Shown: one piece after another, positions 28,869 to 40,600 of the stretch
How the letters are laid out: each line of letters begins with the position of its first letter
Numbering within the stretch: position 1 is the first letter of the stretch
Source of the DNA: an uncultured virus (IMG/VR IMGVR_UViG_3300037517_002797)
Lineage: Duplodnaviria > Heunggongvirae > Uroviricota > Caudoviricetes
Length of the DNA: 64,000 nt
Direction: 5' to 3' (one strand)
IMG/VR virus record: IMGVR_UViG_3300037517_002797
The notes under the pieces: model-generated
Seen by the model: only the letters and a program-made list of their open reading frames with translations
What the model was told of the DNA's origin: nothing
The model's database searches: none
Translations under genes and position numbers: made by a program

Positions 28869-29744
28869 TTAGACTGTCAGGTCTACTCTGACTGCTAGAT
28901 GAATTGTTGTATCAAAGTAAACCGCCGCTGGGCGAATTGCCTTGAGCTTCATGTCGTTTTGGTTTCCGCTGACATCGTACGCTTGGCCGTTGCTGTCGTT
29001 TACAACATCAACTTTTCCAACGTATGTATGCACTGATCCAGTGCCATACATCCATTTGTTTCCGTCAGTTGCAGTTGCACCAGTTGCACCCGTTGGTCCA
29101 GTGCCCGAATATCCAGATCCAACGATGATTGGTGTTCCAGATATTGTCTCAAGACGGCCATCAGCCGTATGAAAAATCATGTAGCTGCTAGACAAAAGCG
29201 CTGCTGTGTCGCGTGTCATGTGGATAACACCCTGCTCTCCACAAGGAGATGTTGACCCAATCTTAAAGTCAAGAAGTGCAATTGCCCTAGCCGCGTTAAG
29301 TGCTGTTCCACTGTTTAGAATAGTTGCTGTAGCAGCTGACAGTGCAAGGTTGTCGTGCGACTCTCCCTCACGGACTGCGCCGTCCCAGAGTTCTTGCTCT
29401 ACTGCTTTTTGCGTAACGCCCTTGATTTGTCGCGAAATTCTTTCAAAGCGATCAAGTGCTGTGTAGCCAAATGTTGAAATCTGTTCTTCTACTTCAATAA
29501 AAAATGGCTTGATTTGTGTAAATCGTGTTGGGGTTGCGTCTGACGCAATGGACGCTGACGTTGTATCTGTGTCGTCCCAATTCTTAGCTGAGTAAAGACT
29601 TGTATCCCACTCTTGTGCGAATGTGCGGATCCATCGGTCCTCGTCAGATAGCGTAGTCCGTGCAGGCTTAGCCACCGAAAACAGACCACAGTCTGCTGGC
29701 TCAATTGCAGGTGCGACTACAACTCCATCTTTTGGAAATGCCAT
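28869..29744 (-). CDS. Second capsid protein (candidate pentamer capsomer protein)
   Basis: Immediately after the major capsid gene; PF..E, VE.ELW.G, GVIHM, GTP...GSGY, W.Y.TG motifs. Confidence 0.6.
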   Translation of the reverse strand: MAFPKDGVVVAPAIEPADCGLFSVAKPARTTLSDEDRWIRTFAQEWDTSLYSAKNWDDTDTTSASIASDATPTRFTQIKPFFIEVEEQISTFGYTALDRFERISRQIKGVTQKAVEQELWDGAVREGESHDNLALSAATATILNSGTALNAARAIALLDFKIGSTSPCGEQGVIHMTRDTAALLSSSYMIFHTADGRLETISGTPIIVGSGYSGTGPTGATGATATDGNKWMYGTGSVHTYVGKVDVVNDSNGQAYDVSGNQNDMKLKAIRPAAVYFDTTIHLAVRVDLTV

Positions 29745-29791
29745 TTTTGTTCCTAACTTAAGTTCCGCGTTATATGTTTCTTACTTGTATT

Positions 29792-29817
29792 GGGGGCACC
29801 CATTTCTGGGTACCCCC
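29792..29817 (-). terminator. Hairpin after the major capsid gene
   Basis: Minus strand GGGGGTACCCA-GAAA-TGGGTGCCCCC. Confidence 0.65.
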
Positions 29818-29844
29818 TCTACGAGTTTTTGCTTTAGCTTCGGT

Positions 29845-31719
29845 TTAGTACTCGATAGCTGCTGCGGTTGCACCACCTGTGGTGTCACGGAGGGCTGCTG
29901 CCACACCGTTTACCGAGATGGTTGAGGTTACAACGAGTGACTCAACGCCAATCTTTGCAATGCCTTCGAATGTTTCTACGAACATCTTGTAGTCGTTGGT
30001 TCCAACGAGTGAAGAGTCGCGGATAATTCCGAGGTCCAAGGTGCCACCATCAAGGAACAAGAATGTTCCTTCTGCGAAGATGTACCATGTGAATGTGTCT
30101 GAGAACTCGTTGAGTGCTGCGGAGCCAGACTGCGCGCCGTAAACATTCAAGTCGTGTGAGTAAGTGATGTCAACACCGCGTGCTGCGAGGTATCCATCAA
30201 TTTCTCCAGTTGCATTCATTGTTGCATCACCAGGCATTGCCAATGTGAGGTCGGCAACCATTGCGTCCTTGATCCAAGCTGGAGCGATTACTCGCAACTT
30301 CTGATCTGGGGACAAACGGTGACGGCTACGCATTGCAACTGCTGCGCGTCCAACCTGGACGAGGAAGTCACGAGCAACGCCGATGAGGCTTGTTGTCGTA
30401 ACAGCTGTCGAGCCAGATGTCAACTTGCCAGCGAGGTACTGCTCTGCTTCACGTGCGTGCTGGATAAGAGCAAGTTCGTTGTGACGAGCAATCAACTCTG
30501 GATACGCACGTGTCATCAAGTTACCAAATTGCAGTTGCAAAGTAACAGCGTCGGTAGCGACGGTTGTTTCACTTGCTGCTGTAATGGTGAGGCTTGACTT
30601 AACGTCTGTGCCAGGGCTTGTGTCTGTTACGTTTGTCCAAACGCCAACTGCGTTGCCGTAATCAGCAAGCACTGGTGGGACGATGTAACGGATACCACCA
30701 CGGTCTGCTGCAAAGCGTGGAAGCGAGTCGCGGATCGGACGGTCTGTTGTTCCTAGACCGAAGATGTCATACTTGACTTCAAACGGTGCGGAGTGACCAC
30801 CCGAAGCTACGAGTGCTTCTGGCGATGCAACGGCCTTGATTTTGGCAACGTTGCTGTCGGTGTCCTGTGTAAGAACACGGGACTCTGGGTACTTGGTTGT
30901 GATTGAAGCAACGATGTGCTGTTCGCCGTCGCCACCCTTAACACGGCGAAGACCGTGCAAGCGTGAAGCCATAGCTTCTGCAATTTCGTTTGCATCTTTC
31001 ATTTGTGCACCGGCCGTGTAGCCAGGGATGTCTGCGCCAGCAGTGATTGCTACTGGTGCTGTTTCCTTCTGACTTGGTTGACGGTCGGCTGGAGCTTGGA
31101 ATTCTACTTCCAAGTTCGTGTTGTCTGCCGCGGCAGTCATGGTTGCCTCCTGGGCTTCCTGCTCTTGTGGAGCATTGATAATTTCTGTTGATGTGCTTGC
31201 TTCAGCTTCAACTGGTGCTTCAATAACTGCTTCAGCTACAACTTCTTCCACTACTGCGGCTTCTGTTGTTGCTTCTGGAGCTACTGTTGCTTCAGCTGTT
31301 GCTGTTTCTTCTGTGGTTGAAAGTTCAGAACCTTCTACTGCTTCAGCGGATGCTTCCATTGGCATTTCCTTCTTCTCCTCTTCAGGAGCTTCAGGTGCTT
31401 CTTCCATTGGCATTTCTGCATCTGGCGCCGGCATTTCCTCTGGCATTTCTTCCATGTCACCTTCGGCTTCACCCTTAACACGCATTGTAGCTTCAGCCGC
31501 GCGTGTGGCGAGCTCTTGTGCAAGAGCTTCGCGACGCTTGGATTCACCACGAACTGTGTCAAGCATGTCCGCAAGTTGCGTCATGGCATCTACTGTTTCT
31601 GTAGTTGGATCTTGACCCTCAACCGTTTCAAACTCGGTAACGATTTCAGCTTGAAGAGCGACGATTTGATCGTCTGTCAAGTCTCCAATCGTGTCGAGTT
31701 GTTGTTTGATACGGTCCAC
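29845..31719 (-). CDS. Major capsid protein with N-terminal acidic scaffold region
   Basis: GGAGGAGG RBS before GTG at 31719; ALVASGG.AP....Y, LP...A.RGG, GGTLDLGIIRDS.L...NDY..F.ETFEG. Confidence 0.85.
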   Translation of the reverse strand: MDRIKQQLDTIGDLTDDQIVALQAEIVTEFETVEGQDPTTETVDAMTQLADMLDTVRGESKRREALAQELATRAAEATMRVKGEAEGDMEEMPEEMPAPDAEMPMEEAPEAPEEEKKEMPMEASAEAVEGSELSTTEETATAEATVAPEATTEAAVVEEVVAEAVIEAPVEAEASTSTEIINAPQEQEAQEATMTAAADNTNLEVEFQAPADRQPSQKETAPVAITAGADIPGYTAGAQMKDANEIAEAMASRLHGLRRVKGGDGEQHIVASITTKYPESRVLTQDTDSNVAKIKAVASPEALVASGGHSAPFEVKYDIFGLGTTDRPIRDSLPRFAADRGGIRYIVPPVLADYGNAVGVWTNVTDTSPGTDVKSSLTITAASETTVATDAVTLQLQFGNLMTRAYPELIARHNELALIQHAREAEQYLAGKLTSGSTAVTTTSLIGVARDFLVQVGRAAVAMRSRHRLSPDQKLRVIAPAWIKDAMVADLTLAMPGDATMNATGEIDGYLAARGVDITYSHDLNVYGAQSGSAALNEFSDTFTWYIFAEGTFLFLDGGTLDLGIIRDSSLVGTNDYKMFVETFEGIAKIGVESLVVTSTISVNGVAAALRDTTGGATAAAIEY

Positions 31720-31851
31720 TGTCCCTCCTCCGGGATCAGTCACGATAGACCCACTTTAGGTCTATCTGGGGCTTCTGTCCATGGAGAGGGACTCTGACAC
31801 GATGTGCAGAGGCACTCACCTATGGAATACATTAACATGATTATAAATGTC

Positions 31852-34800
31852 TTATGTCAGTAGTCTTAGAAGCTTGCTCATCTCAGATGATACCTCACCT
31901 TGAGAGTAAACATCACTTCCAGACTTGTAGCTACGAAGCGACTTTGTCGCCTCGTCTGCGTCTTCTTTTCCGATCTTTGCCTCAACCTTAGTAATCATGT
32001 CATCAATAAGATCCCTGAGTACTGGCGGTAGATCGCTAAAGCGAACTTTATCTGTTTGTTTTCCGAAAGGCAGCGGAAGGTTGGAAATCACTGTTCCCAA
32101 TAGTTTCGCGGCTTCGCGGACGTTTTCAAGCGATGTAGCATCTAAAGCACCGCTGTCTAACCGCGCGATTAGGTCAAGTAAACCTGCGGCGCCGGCAGCG
32201 GCGGCGTCGTAGTTTCCAGCATTTACAAGCGCATCTGTTTCTTCAATCTTGTCCATTACGCCTTGAAGACCGCTTTGTCCAAGATTCTGTTTCAACCTTG
32301 CAAGTACATCGCGGAACTTTCCTTTGGTATCTCGCGGTTGGTTTACGCCAGAAATGTATTTGTTTCCTCGTGTGGAAACTGCTTCTGGATTTGCCTTAAC
32401 TTCACTCGCTTCTGTCGGTTCCATCGGTGAGGCCGCTAAAAGCCCCTCCTTGGCCGAGGCCACACGGGCGCGAAGCTCTTCAATTTTCTGAGCGTTGTCA
32501 GCCTTGGTGCTTTCCGCGGTTGACTTTGCAGCCGCTACTCGAGCTTGAATGTCTGTAACAACTTCATCGTCAATAAGACCTGCAGTTTTCCACTGCTCTG
32601 GGACCAATTCTGACTTTCCAAGCCCACGTGCTTTTTTGATGATGTGGCGACGAACTGCTGCTCGCTTGCCAGGCTTTGAACGACCATACGCTTGAATTGC
32701 GTTTTTAAGATCTTCAGTGTTGCGAATTGGATATGAACCATCTGGAAGAGCTTTGCCTTCCTGAGCAAGACGCTCGCGCATCGCCTTTGACATATATCCA
32801 AAGGTGTCATAGTCAAACGATGAACGAAGTCTGTTTGAGAGCTCTTCAGCTTTTGCTGCAAGCTCTGGATTTGCTGCTTGACGCTTTTCAAGGCGATCAA
32901 TACGCGCTGCAAGTTCTTGCATTGGGTCTTCTTTTATCTGAGCAAGTGAAGCAGCACCTGCCGCGACAAGCGCGTAGATCTGACCAGATGCAACACGTGC
33001 TCGAGCAATTGGGAATCCTGGCACGTTTACTTGGCAAACTGCAACAAGTTCAAGCGAGCCATTGATTGGTCGCCAGTCGCCCGACGGAGCAGATGCGCGG
33101 AGGGCACGGATCTGTTCTGGTGACGCACTTGGACGAAGCGCGCCTGCAACCCAGATACCAAACTGATCTTCACCAGCGTGAACGTCCGCGATAGCAGAAC
33201 CAGTGTCGTCGTAGTGACGAGCAGCTTCAAGCGCACTTGCCTCAAGCGACGCGTGTCCACCTGCAAGTGTCAACTGACCGACTGTGTAGTCTTTGCCATC
33301 GTCAGCGCGAACAACACCAGTGTGGAAGTACGCATAGCCTGTGCGACTCTTTGGTGCACGTGTTCCAGACCGCATACCAATGTGGTCGGTCTTCCACGAA
33401 GCGACGTGGCCAAATACACGGCCATCATCATCAACTGTCAGTGGCGTAGGGCCAGACAATTCTGGGTTTGCAAACCATTGAGCAGGTGGAACTGTTGGGA
33501 TCGCGCCTGCGATCATTCCACAAGCCAGAAGCGCTGCCGCCTCGATTGATGCAACGCCGTCGCCGTCTTCAATATAGACGCCGTCTGGTAGATTTTCCAT
33601 TGGTTCCTCCTGCATATCTTCAGTTTGTACAGTATCCTCCAAATAGATCTTGCATTCTTCAAATGCAGGCTTTGGAACGATTGTTACTGCCATTACTCGT
33701 GATTTTGTAATTGTGATCTTATCTCCGCCAATTTTCTTGGCTTTCATTTCATCTGTGTCGTCGCCTGCCTCGTCTTTAGCATCTTCGCTCGCCTCAAACT
33801 TGTCAAGGTCTGCTGAAACGCCTCGGATAAATCCATCGCGAACCATACGTTCTGCTTCTTTACCATACGCGCTGGTGTCAAAAACGCCATGTGCGTTTCC
33901 GATTCCTCCATCAACTCTTTCCATATGGTCAATGCGACCAACAACTACTGAGCCAGAGTGGCCGTCAGCTGTCTTGATTTGCCAAAGTAGCGGAAGAGGT
34001 AACTCACGGACTGTGATTGCACCTTTCTTAAACTTTCGGCCGTCGCCAGACTCTGTTTCTTCTGGAATAACCAAAGGAATTCTAAACTTTGCGCCGTAGC
34101 TAGGCGTGTCAATTGATGCCATAAGAACTCTATCCTTTGCCTCTTGCATTCCAGCCTGTGCAAACAGCATCTCAAAGATCTCTTGTTCATCTCTAATTGC
34201 GTCGCCACTTCCAATGATGTTCTTGTTTTTCTTCCCGACGTTGTACTTGCTGCCTGGCCACACACCAGTCATTTCTTTATGACGAAGTGAGCAGTATCCT
34301 TTTGCTCGAGGACCCATATACTTCATCAACTGACGATAGCAACGTGTCCAGTCGCCAGGTGTATTCCAACGAATCTTTAGTCCACCTCTGCCAATAGTCC
34401 AGTAGCGACGAAGCTTCTCAGCGTTCCCTCTGTTGCGGTCGAGTCCACCCTCAACGCCAACTGCAACAAGCGCACTGTCAGAATTTGCAGAAAAATCTTC
34501 AACAGCTTCTTCAACAGAGTTGTATTTCTTTGTTTTCTTCTTTGGAGCTATTGGATAGACCTCGTACACTGGCTCTGCCAATGTAAGTTCTTTTTTGCTG
34601 ATGCTAACAACGCCATCTGGAATGAGTGCAAATCGGCAGTAGCCACCAGGCTCAACTTCGGCTGCAATAATCTTGCACGATGAGCCGCCTTCATACAAAA
34701 TGCAATTTGCGCAAGTGACTCCGATATCTTTGATTTCATTTTCAGCAGCCGACTCGTAACCAGCCCATACTCCTGTATCATCGCTGTTGAATTTTCCGTA

Positions 34801-36912
34801 CTTCTGTGTGATCTCAATTAGAGCGTCAGCAAGATCACGTTCTTCTGGAACAATAATTCCAGCGGCAGTGATAGCGTAATGCGCTGATGCTGTCGTTGTT
34901 CCATCAACTTGAGATAACACATCCAAGAAATCGTCGCCATGCAGCGGGACAACTGGAGGTGGAGTAGGCGAAGTTAGATCATTCAATATTTTTTGATCTG
35001 GAACCCACTTTTTATCAACGCGCTTGAAAATAGAAGGCTGTGTTGAATTTGTACCAGCAGGGACAAGTGAGATTAGATCAAAGACAGCTGCAGGATCGTC
35101 TGGCGAAACAATTGCCATGTACATTGGCTGAACGTCTGAAGTATCTGGAGTAAGTGGCTCACCTACACCTTTATCCTTCATTCCAGCTTCTTCAACAACC
35201 TCTTTGATTGATTTTTTTGGCTCAACAGAAGCCATAAAGCTTTTTGGGTTGTAGTACAAGTTGTAAATTGGATTTTTCTTAAAGACATCTTTAAACAGCG
35301 GGTGTTGGCGAAGATCGCCTTTGAGTTCTTTTGTTCCAGATATTTTTTCGCGCTCGCGCATGTACGAGTCAGCGTAGTTACGGACGCCAGCGCGTATTTC
35401 ATCGTCTGTTTTTGGCTTTGGTGGAGTGTACATTTCAGCCATACCAGCATCGCGCTGGTCTTTTACCCAAGCTGGGTAGTTGTACATAACCTGTTGAAGT
35501 TGATCAGAAGTTAGCGCTGGTAGTGTTCCAGGAATACGAGCGTTTGGCGTTGTCATTGGGGTTCTTGGCATTGCAAGAATTCCAGACGTGTCAAGCGGCA
35601 TTCCTTCTTGCGGAGCCGATGTAACACTTGGTTGATTTACGTCTTCAACAGCCTGTGTTTGATTGCCAGGCACGCGGATAGACTCACCAGAGTCCATCTT
35701 GACTACAACACTTTGTGTTGCGCGATCAATTGACGTGATACTTCCTTGCTTTGAAATATCGCCACCAACTGCAACTCGTGAGCCAGCCTGCGAAAACTTT
35801 CCGCTCCTATCGCGAACTTGTTTTTGCGCGTTTGCTGATCGCTCTTTCGGCGTGTACACACCGTCGCCTTGGTCTACAGCACCAGCAGATGCATCGCTGG
35901 CTGCCGTGACTGCCATGTCTGGAATTGTCCAGTCAATTTCATCAAGCGCGAGTGAGACAATTTCGGCTTCGTCTGGGTGCAAATCGTAGACACCAATGGC
36001 GCCATGCGGATTCTCTTGAAAGTACGCAGAAAGAATTAGCGCGGACTCTGGATCAATTGGGATATGAACCTTCTCAACCCTGTCGTACGGATCGTCTAAT
36101 GACTTATCGTATGTTGAAATGTCACTGTCAACGTGGCCAAGGTCGTCCCATCCAGCCTCGTCCCATACGTGTACATTTCCACTAAGATCAACCATGTACA
36201 GACGGTCAATCGCACCGTGGTCCATGCGAACACGCGCAACGAACTCTGGAGCTTCTGAGTCATTTAGTTCTTGCGCAAGTTTGAATGCACCAAGGTCAGC
36301 GAGGTAGTCTTGTTTGATTTCATAGTCGCTGTAGTCATCGTCAGAAACGTACCCATCTGCGCGCATTCCTTTTTTGTTTTCGCGCTCGACAATCTGCTGT
36401 GCCCAGCGCCATGCAGCATCGCCGCCCCAAAGAGCCCACGCGATACGACCGGCCGACGGAAAACCATCTTCGCCTGGCTTGTAGCCTTTCCCCCGTTTGT
36501 CAACTTCGTGGCGTGGAAAGTACTTTGCAATGTGACGAACTTTTTTGATACCAATCTGTCCGCCGTTTGCAAGAATCCGTGCGCTGTTTACGCCAACAGG
36601 CGTTCCACCACGTTTATGCTCTTTGCGCCACTCAAGACCGCGCTTGGCCTCTTCTTGTGCTGCCTTGGGGATCGTGTACATTCTTCCAGAAGCGGTGATT
36701 GTACTAATGCTTAGGTCTGCGAGTGCTCCAGACGCAAGTTCTGAAACTACAGCAGGTGCTTCTGTTGTTGGCGTTTCCCATGGTTGGATGTGCGACAACG
36801 CACTAAAGTGGCCGACTTCATCAACCATATTTGTTGTTGAGTCAACAACAACGGCCATATTGCCATCAGTAAAGAGGAAGTAGCTTCCACGAACGCCAGA
36901 GAAATTGATCAT
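31852..36912 (-). CDS. Multidomain capsid maturation protease (1686 aa)
   Basis: PE..SGDGR.F, PLPL.WQ...H..S.VVG.ID, GVSADLD, V..PAF protease core; second GHVA.W...SGDWR...VN.PGF domain. Confidence 0.8.
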   Translation of the reverse strand: MINFSGVRGSYFLFTDGNMAVVVDSTTNMVDEVGHFSALSHIQPWETPTTEAPAVVSELASGALADLSISTITASGRMYTIPKAAQEEAKRGLEWRKEHKRGGTPVGVNSARILANGGQIGIKKVRHIAKYFPRHEVDKRGKGYKPGEDGFPSAGRIAWALWGGDAAWRWAQQIVERENKKGMRADGYVSDDDYSDYEIKQDYLADLGAFKLAQELNDSEAPEFVARVRMDHGAIDRLYMVDLSGNVHVWDEAGWDDLGHVDSDISTYDKSLDDPYDRVEKVHIPIDPESALILSAYFQENPHGAIGVYDLHPDEAEIVSLALDEIDWTIPDMAVTAASDASAGAVDQGDGVYTPKERSANAQKQVRDRSGKFSQAGSRVAVGGDISKQGSITSIDRATQSVVVKMDSGESIRVPGNQTQAVEDVNQPSVTSAPQEGMPLDTSGILAMPRTPMTTPNARIPGTLPALTSDQLQQVMYNYPAWVKDQRDAGMAEMYTPPKPKTDDEIRAGVRNYADSYMREREKISGTKELKGDLRQHPLFKDVFKKNPIYNLYYNPKSFMASVEPKKSIKEVVEEAGMKDKGVGEPLTPDTSDVQPMYMAIVSPDDPAAVFDLISLVPAGTNSTQPSIFKRVDKKWVPDQKILNDLTSPTPPPVVPLHGDDFLDVLSQVDGTTTASAHYAITAAGIIVPEERDLADALIEITQKYGKFNSDDTGVWAGYESAAENEIKDIGVTCANCILYEGGSSCKIIAAEVEPGGYCRFALIPDGVVSISKKELTLAEPVYEVYPIAPKKKTKKYNSVEEAVEDFSANSDSALVAVGVEGGLDRNRGNAEKLRRYWTIGRGGLKIRWNTPGDWTRCYRQLMKYMGPRAKGYCSLRHKEMTGVWPGSKYNVGKKNKNIIGSGDAIRDEQEIFEMLFAQAGMQEAKDRVLMASIDTPSYGAKFRIPLVIPEETESGDGRKFKKGAITVRELPLPLLWQIKTADGHSGSVVVGRIDHMERVDGGIGNAHGVFDTSAYGKEAERMVRDGFIRGVSADLDKFEASEDAKDEAGDDTDEMKAKKIGGDKITITKSRVMAVTIVPKPAFEECKIYLEDTVQTEDMQEEPMENLPDGVYIEDGDGVASIEAAALLACGMIAGAIPTVPPAQWFANPELSGPTPLTVDDDGRVFGHVASWKTDHIGMRSGTRAPKSRTGYAYFHTGVVRADDGKDYTVGQLTLAGGHASLEASALEAARHYDDTGSAIADVHAGEDQFGIWVAGALRPSASPEQIRALRASAPSGDWRPINGSLELVAVCQVNVPGFPIARARVASGQIYALVAAGAASLAQIKEDPMQELAARIDRLEKRQAANPELAAKAEELSNRLRSSFDYDTFGYMSKAMRERLAQEGKALPDGSYPIRNTEDLKNAIQAYGRSKPGKRAAVRRHIIKKARGLGKSELVPEQWKTAGLIDDEVVTDIQARVAAAKSTAESTKADNAQKIEELRARVASAKEGLLAASPMEPTEASEVKANPEAVSTRGNKYISGVNQPRDTKGKFRDVLARLKQNLGQSGLQGVMDKIEETDALVNAGNYDAAAAGAAGLLDLIARLDSGALDATSLENVREAAKLLGTVISNLPLPFGKQTDKVRFSDLPPVLRDLIDDMITKVEAKIGKEDADEATKSLRSYKSGSDVYSQGEVSSEMSKLLRLLT

Positions 36913-36915
36913 TGA

Positions 36916-37650
36916 TTAGACACCTCTGTTAGATTGTACTTTATCTTTTACAGGGCCACCAGCGACCCAGGCGTCACATGTCCGCGAAGCAGCGCATTTA
37001 AAGTCAAAAGCTTCGCAATATCCAAGCTCTGCAACATCAATTGCGTCCCAAGCATTTTGCTCACCTGAACCGCCTTGTTCAAGGCCAGCAGCGATACAAC
37101 GCCGCATTTCATTGGTAATTATGAATACCGCGCAGTTTCCACAGAGACTCTGCGTCGCCTCATCAACTGGAACGGACCACATATCAGCCTTCTCTTGCCA
37201 GAACTCGTCGTTTGGAAGTGCTGGATTTAGAGGCCCATAACCTGCGGAATCAATTGCTTTTTGTCTGTTCTTTAGATTCAAAGAAATGTCACTAGTTGCT
37301 GGTGGGCATTCTTTTGGAGGCGGCACTGCCGCGGCGGCTGCGATGGCAGTTGCGGTGTTTTCGCTTAGCTCATACGGAACTTTAGCGCCTGTAGCTGCGA
37401 TTGCGTCATAATAGCGAATGAAATCAACGCCAACTTGGTAGTCGTAGAGATCCTGGTCTTCAACATCTTTAAAAAACATGCCATTTAGCGGAACCCAATT
37501 GCCATTGTCTCGCACTAAAGTTCTCTTCTTCTCGTCACTTGCGAAGATTAGATAGCCGACGTACTCCTCACGATCAACCATTGCGTAGAGCTCGTCGTTT
37601 TCTCCAAGCTCAGTCGGCCAAATACCAATGTTTATTTCATTTTTTGCCAT
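36916..37650 (-). CDS. Head-module protein with Cys-rich metal-binding domain
   Basis: CPPAT.DI..NL.NRQ, CGNCAVF, GYCEAFDFKC...RTCDAW. Confidence 0.65.
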   Translation of the reverse strand: MAKNEINIGIWPTELGENDELYAMVDREEYVGYLIFASDEKKRTLVRDNGNWVPLNGMFFKDVEDQDLYDYQVGVDFIRYYDAIAATGAKVPYELSENTATAIAAAAAVPPPKECPPATSDISLNLKNRQKAIDSAGYGPLNPALPNDEFWQEKADMWSVPVDEATQSLCGNCAVFIITNEMRRCIAAGLEQGGSGEQNAWDAIDVAELGYCEAFDFKCAASRTCDAWVAGGPVKDKVQSNRGV

Positions 37651-37655
37651 AGTCC

Positions 37656-40600
37656 CTACGCTCGTTCCTGCGCCAGCTTCTTATCAGAAGGCCGTGGTGC
37701 TCTAATCATATACTGTGTTCCGTTACTTGAGAACTTCATCTCGTTTGTTTCTGGATCTACTACAAGTGAAGTACCTTTGTCGAGTAAGTACTGTCCAACT
37801 CCTTCTCGATCTGTTTCAACCATGACGTATGTCTGAACTACGTTCATATTCTCATCAACAGTTGGTTCAACACCGACATAGTAGACAGGACGAATGACGC
37901 CTTCAGTGTCTCCATCAATGGTCTCAATTACTGCCTTGCCCATGTCATCTAGGCTAATGTAGTTTTTGTAGACCATGAATTCATCGTAATCTACCTTGCT
38001 CAATTTTCGTGAATCCTTTCTCTTATTTCCAGCTGAAATTAGAGGTTTATCTGGACTAAGGGAGAGAATCTTATTCCTAATCATAAGTAGATTTTCTGAA
38101 ATTACACTGCGAAGTGACCGGCCGTTACTGTCAACAACGTCTCCGATGTCCGACATGAATAGGCTAAATAGCCTACTAAATTGGCCAGAATACATAGCAA
38201 CCTTTTCATCGTTATCTTTGCCTGCTCTTGTTGCTTTTAGAATAGATTCAATGTATTTAGTGTACGACTCAAATGTATTTTGCGACTTATTATTCACTGG
38301 AAGGCCAGCTTCTTTTTGGCCAGCAACAGTTATCGCCGTACCACTAAACGAAAGCCATTCTGGATCCATTTCTTCATATTCATTGTAGTCTTTGACTGAC
38401 ACTCTTCCACTGAAAGGAAGAATGGAGTGAACTTTGCTATCGTCTGTGATAACGCCAAGCACGTCGTTAGTCCAGTCAGAATCCATGAATGAGACAGTAG
38501 CGCCTCCGCTGCTCTGCGCAAGTATCTCTGGCTCAAGTGCGTACATCGCTCCGTTTGGATGTAACACGTAAAGACGAGGCAAAGTCAGGCCGTTGTTCAA
38601 CGCTACGTCAGATCGGTCAGACTTCTTCACTGTCCCAGCAGCGTCCCAGCCAGCCGCAATAACTTTTGAATCTTTTGGAAGGTAACCGTACGTGTGTGCC
38701 GCGCCTGACATCAGCAAGAGTGCTTGTACTTCGCCAAGAGTCAGCGCGTTGACATTGCCTCCTACAGACTCGACTGCAGAAGTAACTTCTGGTTCAACAC
38801 TTTTTGTATTCTTTGTCTGGCCTTTTTCCTTAAGTGCACCAGAGTTGACAATGACGTCTGCAATTGGAGTTCCATTTATTTCAGATATTCCCATGTCATC
38901 GAGCATTTCCATAACTCGACCATAAAACTGTGGTGGAAGTTCAACTATGTTTCCAGGAGCAATTACATCAATACCGTGCTTGAGCATTGTTTCGTATCCA
39001 CCAGGCGCTGAGTTGCTAATTGAGTTTGCTCCGATGATTCTCTGACCGTACTTATCGTTTCTATTGGCATAGAGGTCAGTTCTTGAATACACATTCTTAG
39101 GATCTATCCATATTTTTACATCGTTGTCGTACTTGATTAGAGAGTGGCCTTCGTTGAATTTATAACCGTGCGGGCTGAGATAGATGTAATCTGCTCCGCC
39201 TGTGGCCATGTCCTGATTTTCTGACATTCCAGAGTATGGCAGTCCTTCATTAAACCTATTTACAGTTGAAATAAGTCCTTTAGTAACTAGGTTAACAACT
39301 GTCTTAGCTACTTCATCAATTATTGGTTTTTCTGGGCCAGAGAAAGGATTACCAAAGTAGCTTCCAGCCGGCTTTACAAATCCTGAGCCTTCACTACCGT
39401 ACTTAGTATTTACTTTTTTAATGATGTGGTGAATTGACACCATGTGCATAAACACTTCTGTGCCTGTCTCGCTGGCAATTTGTTCTGCAACACCTTCTGG
39501 AAGTACGTAGTTGATACGTCCGTGTTTCCCAGGTACAAGATTGACATTATCTACTGTAACTCCGTAGTCTTCTTTGATTTTCTGGAGCATTGAAGCGCGT
39601 AACGCCTGCGAACTAACATTGTTAGCAGGATCGTTTTCGTTAGAAAATAGCGATAACAACTTGTTTTCAATGACAATGTCAATGTCATCTGACGAAGCGC
39701 TAGTGACGTCATTTACTCCTGCTGTCTTCATTGCTTCAGAAATGTCGTCTAATGTTGCATCAATTGGAAGATCTATCACGACTTGACCGTGGAATGCAGC
39801 AGGGGCGTCGTCGTACGTGCTGTTGGCTATTTGAGCGGTGCCTTTTATCTTTTGCGCAGAAGTTATTGTAATGCTTGCTTTTGCATTGTTGTCCTCCGCG
39901 TCATACACCCACTCTGTGCCTCGACCAAATCCTCGGCCTTCTTCGTCTACTACAATGTCTCCAGTGTCAGTGAGCTGCGTGCGCTTTAGCAATGGAGTTG
40001 CCTCTGACCATTTGCCGGCGTCACTAGTTTTGAGTGCCTTAGCATCTTGCAGTTTTGTTTCTTGTGCAAGCATTGCCCACGGCGTAAGCTTAAATCGTAG
40101 TCTAAGTTTTCTCTCGCCGTCTGGGGTAATGATTGTTGACGCGTGAACATCAAGATCTTCAATGTCAGTGCTGTCAACAAGCGCGGACTTTCCAAGAAGT
40201 CCGTCATCTTCTCTCTTTGCAACGGCGTACTCAACAATCTCTGAAAGAGACGGAACTCCATCAACGTAACTTCTAGTAAGCGGGAATTTTTCTGGCGATT
40301 TTTCAACTTTAGGACGGCCTGATGGGCTAATTCCAGATTTTTCAAGCCTTTCTTGTTTTCCTTTATTAAATCCATCAACAAATACATCTGCTGACCTTGA
40401 AGAATAAAATTGTATTGCATCAAACAGTTGTCTAGCTGTCTCGTCAATAAACTTTTTGTCACGTTCGGCCATGTCTGAACGCCAGTCTTCCGATGCGGAC
40501 CTCTGAAGAATTCCACGGTAGCTCGCTATTAGCTGCCTAACACGGTCAAATGCCGTGTAATCTAGGTCGTCAAACCGTCGCATATCGCCTTCAAAATCTC

